Assembly: GCA_003135555.1 (NCBI GenBank)
Contig: PLCF01000065.1
Location: 1 to 13,779 of the forward strand
DNA length: 13,779 nucleotides
Source of the DNA: Vulcanimicrobiota bacterium
Lineage (GTDB): Bacteria > Vulcanimicrobiota > Vulcanimicrobiia > Vulcanimicrobiales > Vulcanimicrobiaceae
Direction: 5' to 3'
Shown here in pieces: positions 1-10,900 of the stretch. Position numbers and translations under genes: made by a program. A model generated the notes under the pieces. That model was not told the DNA's origin. It saw only the letters and a list, made by a program, of their open reading frames with translations, and did no database searches. Position 1 is the first letter of the stretch. Every line of letters starts with the position of its first letter.

Positions 1-173
1 CGGCCGAGCCGGCGCACGGCCAGCGTACCGCCGCGCAGGATACCGTGTTTCTCGATCGCCTCGGCCGCATACTCCGAGCAGGTCGGCGCAAACCGGCAGG
101 CGGGCGGCAGAAGCGGCGACACGAGGCGCTTGTAGAGCCGCAAACCGGCGATCGCGGCCGAGCCGATGCTCAT
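1..173 (-). CDS. yidD: Membrane protein insertion efficiency factor YidD (3' end outside the window)
   Basis: Not in the ORF track; translated by hand from ATG at 173-171: [57 protein letters not shown]... It has the YidD motif Y-x3-SP-x5-CRF-x-PTCSEY. ATGA overlap with the rnpA stop, in canonical synteny. Confidence 0.96.
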   Translation of the reverse strand, partial: MSIGSAAIAGLRLYKRLVSPLLPPACRFAPTCSEYAAEAIEKHGILRGGTLAVRRLG

Positions 174-493
174 GCGGTTTCCGGGAAGACGCGCCCGACT
201 TCTTCGAGCAACGCCGGATAGGTGAGTTGGGCCGAGCCCGGCCGGGCGATGAAGACCACGTCGCGCCACGGCGGGACGCTCAGCGGGTAGCGGTCGAGAA
301 TCGCTTTGATGCGCCGGCGCAGCCGGTTGCGAACGACCGCGCCCCCGATCGGGCCGCCGACCGTCACACCGACTCGGGTCCGGCGGCGCCCCTCGGCGAC
401 GAAGCACGTCAGAAAGGCGCCGGAGCTCCGCTTCCCCCGCCGGGTCACGCGCGCGAAGTCGGCGCGGCGGCGCAGGGAGTCGTACGCCCGCAC
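170..493 (-). CDS. rnpA: Ribonuclease P protein component
   Basis: 107 aa, GTG start. Contains [16 protein letters not shown] and the RNR motif [14 protein letters not shown]. Lies between rpmH and yidD. Confidence 0.96.
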   Translation of the reverse strand: MRAYDSLRRRADFARVTRRGKRSSGAFLTCFVAEGRRRTRVGVTVGGPIGGAVVRNRLRRRIKAILDRYPLSVPPWRDVVFIARPGSAQLTYPALLEEVGRVFPETA

Positions 494-496
494 GAC

Positions 497-631
497 CTAA
501 ACGGCCAGGCGGTGGCGGCCCTTCTTGCGGCGCGCGGCGAGGACACGGCGGCCATTCTTGGTGGACATCCGTTCGAGGAAGCCGTGGACGCGCTTGCGGC
601 GCCGATTGTGCGGCTGATAGGTCCGCTTCAC
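497..631 (-). CDS. rpmH: 50S ribosomal protein L34
   Basis: Not in the ORF track; translated by hand from GTG (631-629) to TAG (499-497): [44 protein letters not shown], 44 aa. Shine-Dalgarno AGGAG (645-641) lies 9 nt upstream. Confidence 0.98.
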   Translation of the reverse strand: MKRTYQPHNRRRKRVHGFLERMSTKNGRRVLAARRKKGRHRLAV

Positions 632-689
632 GAGCGAGTTCTCCTGAGCTGGGGCGATCGGCGGGCCGAGCGCTGGGGTGCGACAAGAC

Positions 690-719
690 AGTATACGGGC
701 CGGGCGCCCGGAGCGTCAA
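690..719 (-). promoter_or_regulatory. Sigma70/SigA-type promoter for rpmH-rnpA-yidD
   Basis: The minus strand reads TTGACG (719-714), an 18-nt spacer, then TATACT (695-690). Both hexamers are 5/6 matches to consensus, about 60 nt upstream of the rpmH start. Confidence 0.8.
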
Positions 720-751
720 GGAAAACCTGGAAACTGCGAACGGTTCCTGAC

Positions 752-917
752 TTGTCCACACGTGTGGACAGACCTGTGGATCGTCGAGCGGGCGAGCGAG
801 CCGCCGGACCACGTCCCACGCGGGTTCCTGCCCCGATTCGTGCTTGCGAGAAACTCGTGGATACGTCGATCCCGCCTCGTCGGAACGCGACCGAGCCCCT
901 TGTGGAGAAGTGGACAA
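752..917. promoter_or_regulatory. DnaA-box cluster upstream of dnaA (autoregulation and/or left part of a bipartite oriC)
   Basis: TTGTCCACA 752-760 (+). Minus-strand boxes: CTGTCCACA 763-771, CGATCCACA 775-783, GTATCCACG 856-864, TTCTCCACA 901-909 and TTGTCCACT 909-917. Confidence 0.85.
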
Positions 918-988
918 TTCCGGGGGAAAAGAGCGCAGGAAGCTACCCCCTCCGGGCCAATCCCCGATGCTCATTCTCCCCCGGCGCG

Positions 989-994
989 TACTCT
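989..994 (+). promoter_or_regulatory. Possible -10 element of the dnaA promoter
   Basis: TACTCT fits TAnnnT, ends 34 nt before the dnaA ATG and lies downstream of the DnaA boxes. No convincing -35. Confidence 0.3.
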
Positions 995-1028
995 GCTCGC
1001 CGGTTCGGACTATGCGGCAGGGAATGCT

Positions 1029-2393
1029 ATGCACCAGACCAGCACGTCGGCCACCGCCCCTCAGGATCTGTGGACCGCGGCGCTCGAGCGGCTCGAGCCG
1101 CGCTACAACAAACCGGTCTTCGAGATGTGGCTCAAGCCGATGCGTCTGGTCGATCTGACGCCGTCCGAGATCGTGCTGGCCGTGCAGACCACCTTTGCCC
1201 GGGACTGGGTCGAGAACCGGCTCAAGGCCGAGATCACGCTGGTGCTCCACGAGCTGCTCGGCGCCGAGATCGCGTTGCGCGTGGTCGTCGACCCCGGGAC
1301 GGGGACCGAGACCCCGGCGACCGCCGTCGCGCCGGCCGCCAAGCTCGCGCCGGCGGACGACCTGCGCGTCGGCCACCTCAACGCGCGCTACACCTTCGAC
1401 GACTTCGTCATCGGCAACTCGAACCGGTTCGCGCATGCCGCATCACAAGCAGTTGCCGAAGCACCGGCGATGGCCTACAATCCGCTGTTTCTCTACGGCG
1501 GCGTCGGCCTGGGCAAGACGCATCTGATGCACGCGATCGGCCATCGCGTGCTCGAACGCAATCCGAACGCGAACATCGCGTACGTCTCCTCGGAGAAGTT
1601 CACCAACGAGTTCATCATCGCGATCAAGAACAACCAGACGGTGGAGTTTCGCAACCGCTATCGGCATGTCGACGTGCTGCTTATCGACGACATTCAGTTT
1701 CTCGAAGGCAAGGAACAAACCCAAGAAGAGTTTTTCCACACCTTCAACTCGCTGCACGAGGCGCAAAAACAGCTCGTGATCTCGAGCGATCGCCCGCCCA
1801 AAGAGATTCAGACGCTCGAGAACCGGCTGCGCTCGCGCTTCGAGTGGGGGCTCCTCACCGACATCCAGCCGCCGGACTTCGAGACGCGCGAAGCGATTCT
1901 GCGCAAGAAGGCGGAGACCGAGAAAGTCCCGGTTCCGGACGAAGTCCTGGCCTTCATCGCCAAGGTCATCCCGTCGAACATCCGCGAGCTCGAAGGATCG
2001 CTGATCCGCGTGGTCGCTTTCGCCTCGCTCACCAAGTCGCCGATCTGCGTCGAGCTGGCCGCCGAGGTACTGAAAAACGCCGTCGCGCAGGCACCGATGC
2101 ACCGCGTCACCATCCCGGGGATCAAGGAGCGCGTCGCCAAGCACTACGGCATCTCGGTCAAGGAGATGGAGGCGCAACGCCGCGACCAGCGCGTGACCCT
2201 GCCGCGCCAGATCGCGATGTACATCGCCTGGCAGCTCACCGGTGCGTCGCTGCCGCAGATCGCGCGCGAGTTCGGCAAGAAGGATCACACCACCGCGATG
2301 TACGCGCGCGACAAGATCGCCGACATGATGGAAGCCGACGAAGCGTTTCGCAACAAGATTCGCTCGCTGGTCGCACAGATTCAAAGCGAGTGA
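1029..2393 (+). CDS. dnaA: Chromosomal replication initiator DnaA (454 aa from ATG 1029)
   Basis: Domain I (LW...FEMWLKP), [29 protein letters not shown] (Walker A), LLIDDIQF (Walker B), [10 protein letters not shown] and domain IV PRQIAMY...DHTT. The start is placed at ATG 1029 after SD-like AGGGA (1019-1023), not at the ORF-track start 678. Confidence 0.99.
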   Translation: MHQTSTSATAPQDLWTAALERLEPRYNKPVFEMWLKPMRLVDLTPSEIVLAVQTTFARDWVENRLKAEITLVLHELLGAEIALRVVVDPGTGTETPATAVAPAAKLAPADDLRVGHLNARYTFDDFVIGNSNRFAHAASQAVAEAPAMAYNPLFLYGGVGLGKTHLMHAIGHRVLERNPNANIAYVSSEKFTNEFIIAIKNNQTVEFRNRYRHVDVLLIDDIQFLEGKEQTQEEFFHTFNSLHEAQKQLVISSDRPPKEIQTLENRLRSRFEWGLLTDIQPPDFETREAILRKKAETEKVPVPDEVLAFIAKVIPSNIRELEGSLIRVVAFASLTKSPICVELAAEVLKNAVAQAPMHRVTIPGIKERVAKHYGISVKEMEAQRRDQRVTLPRQIAMYIAWQLTGASLPQIAREFGKKDHTTAMYARDKIADMMEADEAFRNKIRSLVAQIQSE

Positions 2394-2416
2394 ACCTCGC
2401 GCAAACGAGGATTCCA

Positions 2417-2450
2417 GAGGCCGGGGCTTACCCCGGCTTCATCGTTTTCC
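2417..2450 (+). terminator. Probable intrinsic terminator after dnaA
   Basis: 10-bp stem GAGGCCGGGG / CCCCGGCTTC (one G-U pair) with a CTTA loop, followed by ATCGTTTTCC (imperfect U-tract). A small hairpin CCTCG-N6-CGAGG (2395-2410) precedes it. Confidence 0.6.
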
Positions 2451-2700
2451 GCCCTTCGGGACCCGTGCGGAGAGGCGCTTCCTGCCTTATGCACGGATGC
2501 TCTCCCGGCGTTGGGCACAGGGCACCTACGCTGTCGTGGAAAAGCGGGAGGCGCGCCTCTGACGGGGATGGCGGGGACGGATCGGGTTTTCCATCCACAC
2601 CCAAAAACGGCCGCAAAGCCACGCCGCGACCGGGCTCGGGCGGTTCTCCCCATTGCTCACCGCATTACTGCTAGTACGACGATCTTTTCTTTACTTAAAG
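2451..2700. other. Replication origin oriC (dnaA-dnaN intergenic unwinding region)
   Basis: Degenerate DnaA boxes: TTATGCACG 2487-2495, TTGGGCACA 2511-2519, TTTTCCACG (-) 2535-2543, CCATCCACA 2591-2599, TTCTCCCCA 2644-2652. These are followed by trio-like TTA CTG CTA GTA CGA CGA (2665-2682) and AT-rich TCTTTTCTTTACTTAAA (2683-2699). This matches the layout of the B. subtilis basal unwinding system. Confidence 0.82.
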
Positions 2701-2734
2701 ACCCCGACCGAACGCTTCTCGAAACGGTGGATCA

Positions 2735-3853
2735 GTGAAGTTCACGTGTAGTACGAAAGACATCGCGACCGCGGTCGGCGCGGCCAGCAAGGTGGTCAAC
2801 GCGCACACCACGGTGCCGATTCTTTCGAACGTCCTGCTCACCGCGGACGAAGGTTCGATCCGGGTTCGGGCGACCGATCTCGAGCTCACGCTCGAACAGT
2901 CGTTTCCGGCCGAGGTCGGAGAGTCGGGCGCGGTCACGGTCCCGGCCCGGCTGTTCAGCGGCTACCTCGGAAACTTGCCCGCCGGCGTGCTCGAGCTCAC
3001 CGGCTCGCCGTCCCGGGCGTCGGTCAAGGCCGAGCGTTCCAACTACGATTTTCACGCGCTCCCCGCCGACGAGTACCCGCCGCTGCCGACCGCGCAGAAA
3101 GGACAATCGTTCGCGATGCCCGCGAAGCGTTTCCGCGAAGGCGTCGCCGCGACGATCTTCGCCGCCTCGAACGAGGAGGCACGCGGCGCGGTGCTGATGG
3201 GAACGCTGGTCGAACTCGACGGCGACAAGATCACGCTCGTCGCGACCGACGGCTACCGCCTGGCCCGCTGGACGTCGACGCTCGAGCGTGGGATCGAAGG
3301 CACCGCGAAGTACATCGTACCGTCCCGGGCGCTCAACGAAGCCGCGCGCAACCTCGGCAGCGCCGAGCTCGTGGAGGTTACCGCGCTGGGCGCCCAGGCG
3401 AATCAGCTGCAGTTCAGCGCCGGCACGACGTCGATCGTGGTCCGGCTGGTCGACGGGCAGTATCCCAACTACGGCCAGGTGATCCCGGCCAAGTTCGACC
3501 GCCGCGTCGTGGTGAACACGCAGGGCCTCATCGGCGGCTTGCGCCGCGCCGAGCTCGTCGCCGGCGACCGCGCCTCGATGGTCAAGCTCGAGGTCGCCAA
3601 TCAAACCTTGATGATCACCGCCAAGTCAGACGTCACCGGCAACGCCTACGAGGAGCTCGAGGTCGAGCAGACCGGTGAAGATCTGGCGATCGCGTTCAAC
3701 GCGCGCTATCTCGTCGAGATCCTCAACCACGTCGACTCGCCGCAGACGGTGCTTGAGTTCTTGGGCCCGCTCTCGCCCGCCGCGATCCGCCCGCTCGAAG
3801 CCGGCGAAGGCTCGGGCGAGCAACTCTACGTCCTGATGCCGCTGCGGCAGTAG
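2735..3853 (+). CDS. dnaN: DNA polymerase III beta sliding clamp
   Basis: 372 aa, GTG start after GGTGG. Motifs PILSNVLL, ATDLE, VATDGYRLA, RLVDGQYPNY, IAFNARYL and C-terminal YVLMPLR. Confidence 0.99.
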   Translation: MKFTCSTKDIATAVGAASKVVNAHTTVPILSNVLLTADEGSIRVRATDLELTLEQSFPAEVGESGAVTVPARLFSGYLGNLPAGVLELTGSPSRASVKAERSNYDFHALPADEYPPLPTAQKGQSFAMPAKRFREGVAATIFAASNEEARGAVLMGTLVELDGDKITLVATDGYRLARWTSTLERGIEGTAKYIVPSRALNEAARNLGSAELVEVTALGAQANQLQFSAGTTSIVVRLVDGQYPNYGQVIPAKFDRRVVVNTQGLIGGLRRAELVAGDRASMVKLEVANQTLMITAKSDVTGNAYEELEVEQTGEDLAIAFNARYLVEILNHVDSPQTVLEFLGPLSPAAIRPLEAGEGSGEQLYVLMPLRQ

Positions 3854-3885
3854 CTGTAAGGCCCGCGGTTCGTCTCGAACCGGAC

Positions 3886-4949
3886 GTGAAGATCGAGCGC
3901 ATTCGGTTGGCGGATTTTCGCAACTACGAGCATCTCGATGTCGCGCCGGAACCGGGGCTCAACGTTTTGGTCGGTCCCAACGCGCAAGGGAAATCGAATT
4001 TGCTCGAAGCGTTGGCGATGCTGGCGACCGGGAAGTCGTTTCGGGCGCATCGTGACAGCGAGCTGATCCGCACCGGGGCCGAGCGCGCCGAGATCGGCGG
4101 CGACGCCCGCATCGCGGCCGGCGCGATCCACTTGCGCTGCACGATCGCGCGCACGCCGGCCGGGACGCGCAAGAGCTTCGAGGTCAACGGCGGCGCGGTC
4201 GGCTTCGCGCGTTTCCTGGGCCGGGCGCGCGTCGTCACCTTCGTCCCCGCCGACCTGCAGCTCGTCTCGGGCGGACCGGCGCTGCGGCGTGCGTTTCTCA
4301 ACGGCGCGCTGGCGCAGCTCTCACCGACGTACTACCGCGATTTAGCGCTCTACCAGAAGATCGTGCACCAGAAGTCGGCGCTGCTGCGCGGTGCGATCGC
4401 CGCCGATCGCGATCTGCTGCTGGCGTACAACGACGAGCTGGTCCGCCCGGCGTCGGCGTTGATCGCGGCCCGCCGCGCCTTCGTCGACGAGCTGGCCGTG
4501 GCGACCGCGGAGATGTACGCGCGTTGGCGCGGCACGCGCGAGCGGCTGGGACTCACCTACGTGCCCAATCCTGAAGGCGACGTCGTCGAGGCGCTGGGCG
4601 CCGCGGTCGAGACCGAGACACGCCGCCGCACGACGCTGGTGGGCCCGCATCGCGACGATCTGCGCCTGCTCGTCGACGGCAAACCGCTGGCGGCGTTCGG
4701 ATCGCAGGGGCAACAACGCACAGCGGTGCTGGCACTCAAGGTCGCCGAATACGACGTCATGCGAGCCCGCACGGGAGACGCCCCGATCCTGCTCCTCGAC
4801 GACGTGCTCTCCGAGCTCGACGCCGAGCGCGCCGGCGGTTTCCTCGGCGCCGTCGAGGGCTTCGAGCAAGCCTTTCTCACGACCACCGAGCTGCCGCCGG
4901 GGCTCGGCGCGACCGCGACCTGGACGGTCCACTCGGCGACGGTGACGCG

Positions 4950-4956
<7 letters not shown>
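3886..4956 (+). CDS. recF: DNA replication and repair protein RecF
   Basis: 356 aa. Motifs FRNY, Walker A GPNAQGKSNLLEA, GPHRDDL, signature SQGQQR and Walker B/D-loop PILLLDDVLSELD. Confidence 0.98.
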
Positions 4957-7762
<2,806 letters not shown>

Positions 7763-7780
7763 GGGCTGCTGGTGCAGCCC
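7763..7780 (+). terminator. Hairpin directly after the gyrB stop (terminator or stabilising stem)
   Basis: GGGCTGC-TGGT-GCAGCCC is a perfect 7-bp stem, but no U-tract follows. Confidence 0.35.
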
Positions 7781-7858
7781 CGCGTTCGCCTGCGGCTCAC
7801 GTGATGTTAAAAGGGAGTTGAAGGCCGGGTCGCTCGCAGCGGCTTCTGAGCCGGGGCC

Positions 7859-7867
7859 TGGTATGTT
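7859..7867 (+). promoter_or_regulatory. Putative extended -10 promoter for tamB
   Basis: TG-G-TATGTT fits TGnTAnnnT and ends 33 nt upstream of GTG 7901. Confidence 0.45.
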
Positions 7868-7900
7868 TGTAAAGATGGCCGCTCGGGGACGAGAGAAGCA

Positions 7901-10900
7901 GTGTTTGGCGTGAGAGCGTCGCGTCGCGTGGTGATCGTCGCCGCGGCGGTGGCGGCGCTCCTCGTCGTGCTGATCGCGGCACGGCACGCGATCGCACGCT
8001 CGGTATTGCAGAGCGTCCTATCCGGAGCGACCGGTTACCAGGTCACGATCGGGGACCAAACGCTGGGGACGCATCACGCCGTCCTGTTCGACGTCCACGT
8101 GGTCAAGAACGGCGACCCGGTGCTCGACGCGCAACGCGTCGACGTCGAGTACGCGTTGCGGGACATCTTCCCCGGCGGCCAGCACCGCTTCGGGTTCGCC
8201 GCGATCTCGATCCTCAAGCCCGTCCTCACGATCACCCGCCACGCCGACGGGACGCTCACCTTCAACCGCACCGGCGGCACCTCGGGCGCGCCGCCGACCG
8301 CCACGCGCAAGGCGGCCGCGCCGTACTACTTCACCGCGCGCGTGCGCGACGGCGTCATCCGGCTGGTCGACGTCGCGCCGCTGCAGCCCGATCTCGCCAA
8401 TCAATCGATCGAAAACGTTTCGATCGACGCGTCGGTCAAGTCCGATGCGCGCACGACGGCGAAGGTCGACGGCATTTTGCTGGGCCGTCGCGCACCGGGC
8501 GCGGCGCTCTCGCGTTTCCCGCTCGCCGAACGCACCGTCATCGATGTTCAGCGCGGCATCTCGCTGAGCACCATCCGGGCGGCGGAGCTGCCGTTGCGCG
8601 GTGTGCTCGGATTCGTGATCCACTCGCGCGCGGTCCGGTTCGACGACGGCGTGTTGGCCAACGTCGACGCGCGCTACTTCGCGCTGGCCTCGCGGCCCGA
8701 CCAAGACTTCGCGTACCGTCTGGGCGGCGGGGCCGATCTGCGCGGAGGCCGGATCGCGGTAGCCGGCTTGGCGCGCGAAGTGCGCGATCTACAGGCGCCC
8801 TTGATCGTTACCGACGACACGCTCGCCGCGACGTCGATCGACGGGACGGTCGGCGGCGCACCGCTGCACGGCCGCGGCGCGTTGTACGACCTTTTCGGCC
8901 GGCCCTCGGTCCGTCTCGCTTTGAGCGGAGACGGCGACCTGCGCGACCTGCGCGGGCTGTTCAACTTCTCGGCCCACCTGCCGTTGAGCGGCGCGGCGCA
9001 TCTCGAGACCGTGTTGGAATCCGAGCTGGCGCACCCGCTCGTCCGGACCTCGCTCGACGCCCAGCGGATCACCTATGCCCGCTATCCGCTCGAGGCGCTC
9101 GACGGCGTCGTCGACTTCTACAACGGCACCGTCAGCGTGGGCGGGATGCGCGGCCGTTTCGGCGTGGCGAACCTCATGCTGGGCGGCCGGGTGATCCTGT
9201 CGCGCGCCGGCAACGACGTCGTGTTCGCGTTAAGCGGCCACGGGCCGGGACGATCGCTGCCGTACGCCGAGGTCGTCGCGCCCGACGCGGATGTCGTCGC
9301 GGAAGTGCTGCTCGAGCAACCGCCGGGCCAAGGATACACCGCGCGCGGGACCATCGCCGCAAACGGCCGCACGACGGGCAGCGGAACCTTCGCGGTGAAC
9401 CCGCGCGGCGTCGGCGAATTCGGACCGTTTCTGTTCACGCGTGCCGGTGAGTCGCTCGCCGGCGGTTTCGAGCTGCAGCGCCCGATCTCACTGAGTGCCG
9501 GCTGGCTCCACGCGCGCGGGTTCCGGCTCGCGGACGTGCGCAAGGCGGCGGTGCTGCCGGGCGTGCGGGTCCCGGCGCTGCCGGCGCTCGCCGGCGTGAT
9601 CGACGGTGATCTCGCGGGCGGCGGGACGCCCGATGCGTTCGGGCTCGCCGGCGTGCTGCGAGGCCGCGATCTGCGCTACGGTCGCTACGCGCTGGGCAGC
9701 GGCAGCGTTCGGCTCGGCGGCACGATGGGCGACGTGCGGCTGGCCGCGATCCAACTCGACGGGCCGTTGGGAAGGTTCAGCGGCAACGGTGCCTACACGC
9801 AAGGTCTGTTCGCGCTCGACGGTCGCTACGACGGCTCGCTCGCGCAGCTCCGCCCGTTCATCGCCGATACCAGCGCGCGCGGCGAGGTGCACGGACCCGT
9901 GCGCGCGACCTTGGCGCAGAATCGGATCGTCGTGCAGACGACCGGCGCCGCGCTATCGGGCGGCAGCGTGCGCGGCGTCGCCGTCGACCGTGTCGCCGGG
10001 ACGATCGCGGTCGACGGCAACGCGCTACGGGTGGTTGCGGCCGATGGTTCGGTCGGCGGCGCGCGCGCGGTCGCAGCCGACGCCGGCGGGCCGTTCCTGG
10101 TCTCGGCGCCGGAGTTGCCGGTCGCGGCCCTGCGCGGTACGGGAATCCCGCTGGGCTCCGGGCTGGTGTCGGTCTACGGCGAGGCCGACTTGCGCGGCGG
10201 CGCGCCGCGCTTCGACGGCGTGGTCGGGCTCACCGACGGCGTCGCGTCCGGCTTTCCGGTTAGCGGCGGCGCCGATCTCGCCCTGAGCGGGGGAACGGCA
10301 CGCATCAGCAGCGGCGTCGGCGCGCTGGGCAAGACCTACGGCATCTTCACCGGGCAAGTCGGCGGGATCGGGGCGACCGGTCCGGGCGCGCTCGCCTACG
10401 ATCTCAATGCCGACGTTCCGATCGGCGACGTCGCGGAGCTGCGGCATGCGCTGCGCCTGCCGGTGAAATATCTCGAGGGCAGCTTCTCGGCCACGTTGCG
10501 CGTCCGCGGCAGCGGCGCTCGGCCCACCGTCGCCGGCGACGTGTCCGCACCGGAGGGCTCCTACAACGGGTTGGCGTTCCGCGATGCGCGCGCCGGCGTC
10601 GCGCTCACCCGCAACTCGCTGGCCGCGAGCGGCGGGAGCCTCACCGTCGGCTCGACGCACGCGCTCGTCGACGCGTCGATGTCGATCACCGGCCGCGCCT
10701 TCGCCGTCGACGCGCGCAGTGCGAACGCGAACCTCGCCGATTTCAACGACTACTTCGACGAAGCCGAGACGCTCGACGGGCACGGACGCGTCGCGCTGGA
10801 CTTCGCCAACGACGGCCGCACGACGCGCACGACGGGCCGGGTGAACGTCGCCGATCTGCGCTACCGCCGTTTCACCTTCGGAGCCACCGACGCGACGTGG

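Noticed and set aside
678..1028. 117-aa N-terminal extension of DnaA in the ORF track
   Set aside because: It runs through the rpmH promoter and DnaA boxes and has no DnaA-like sequence. Domain I begins right after ATG 1029, which has an SD-like element.
227..2674. 815-aa plus-strand ORF overlapping rnpA, rpmH, dnaA and oriC
   Set aside because: Arg/Pro/Ala-rich off-frame translation with no motifs, as expected from stop-codon scarcity in GC-rich DNA.
7807..7821. CtrA-like box TTAA-N7-TTGA
   Set aside because: CtrA is alphaproteobacterial, and gene order and protein types here are Terrabacteria-like. Kept only as a generic direct repeat.
7763..7900. 6S RNA, tRNA or riboswitch in the gyrB-tamB spacer
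   Set aside because: The spacer is only 138 nt, with no cloverleaf, long irregular duplex or riboswitch consensus that I can recognise.
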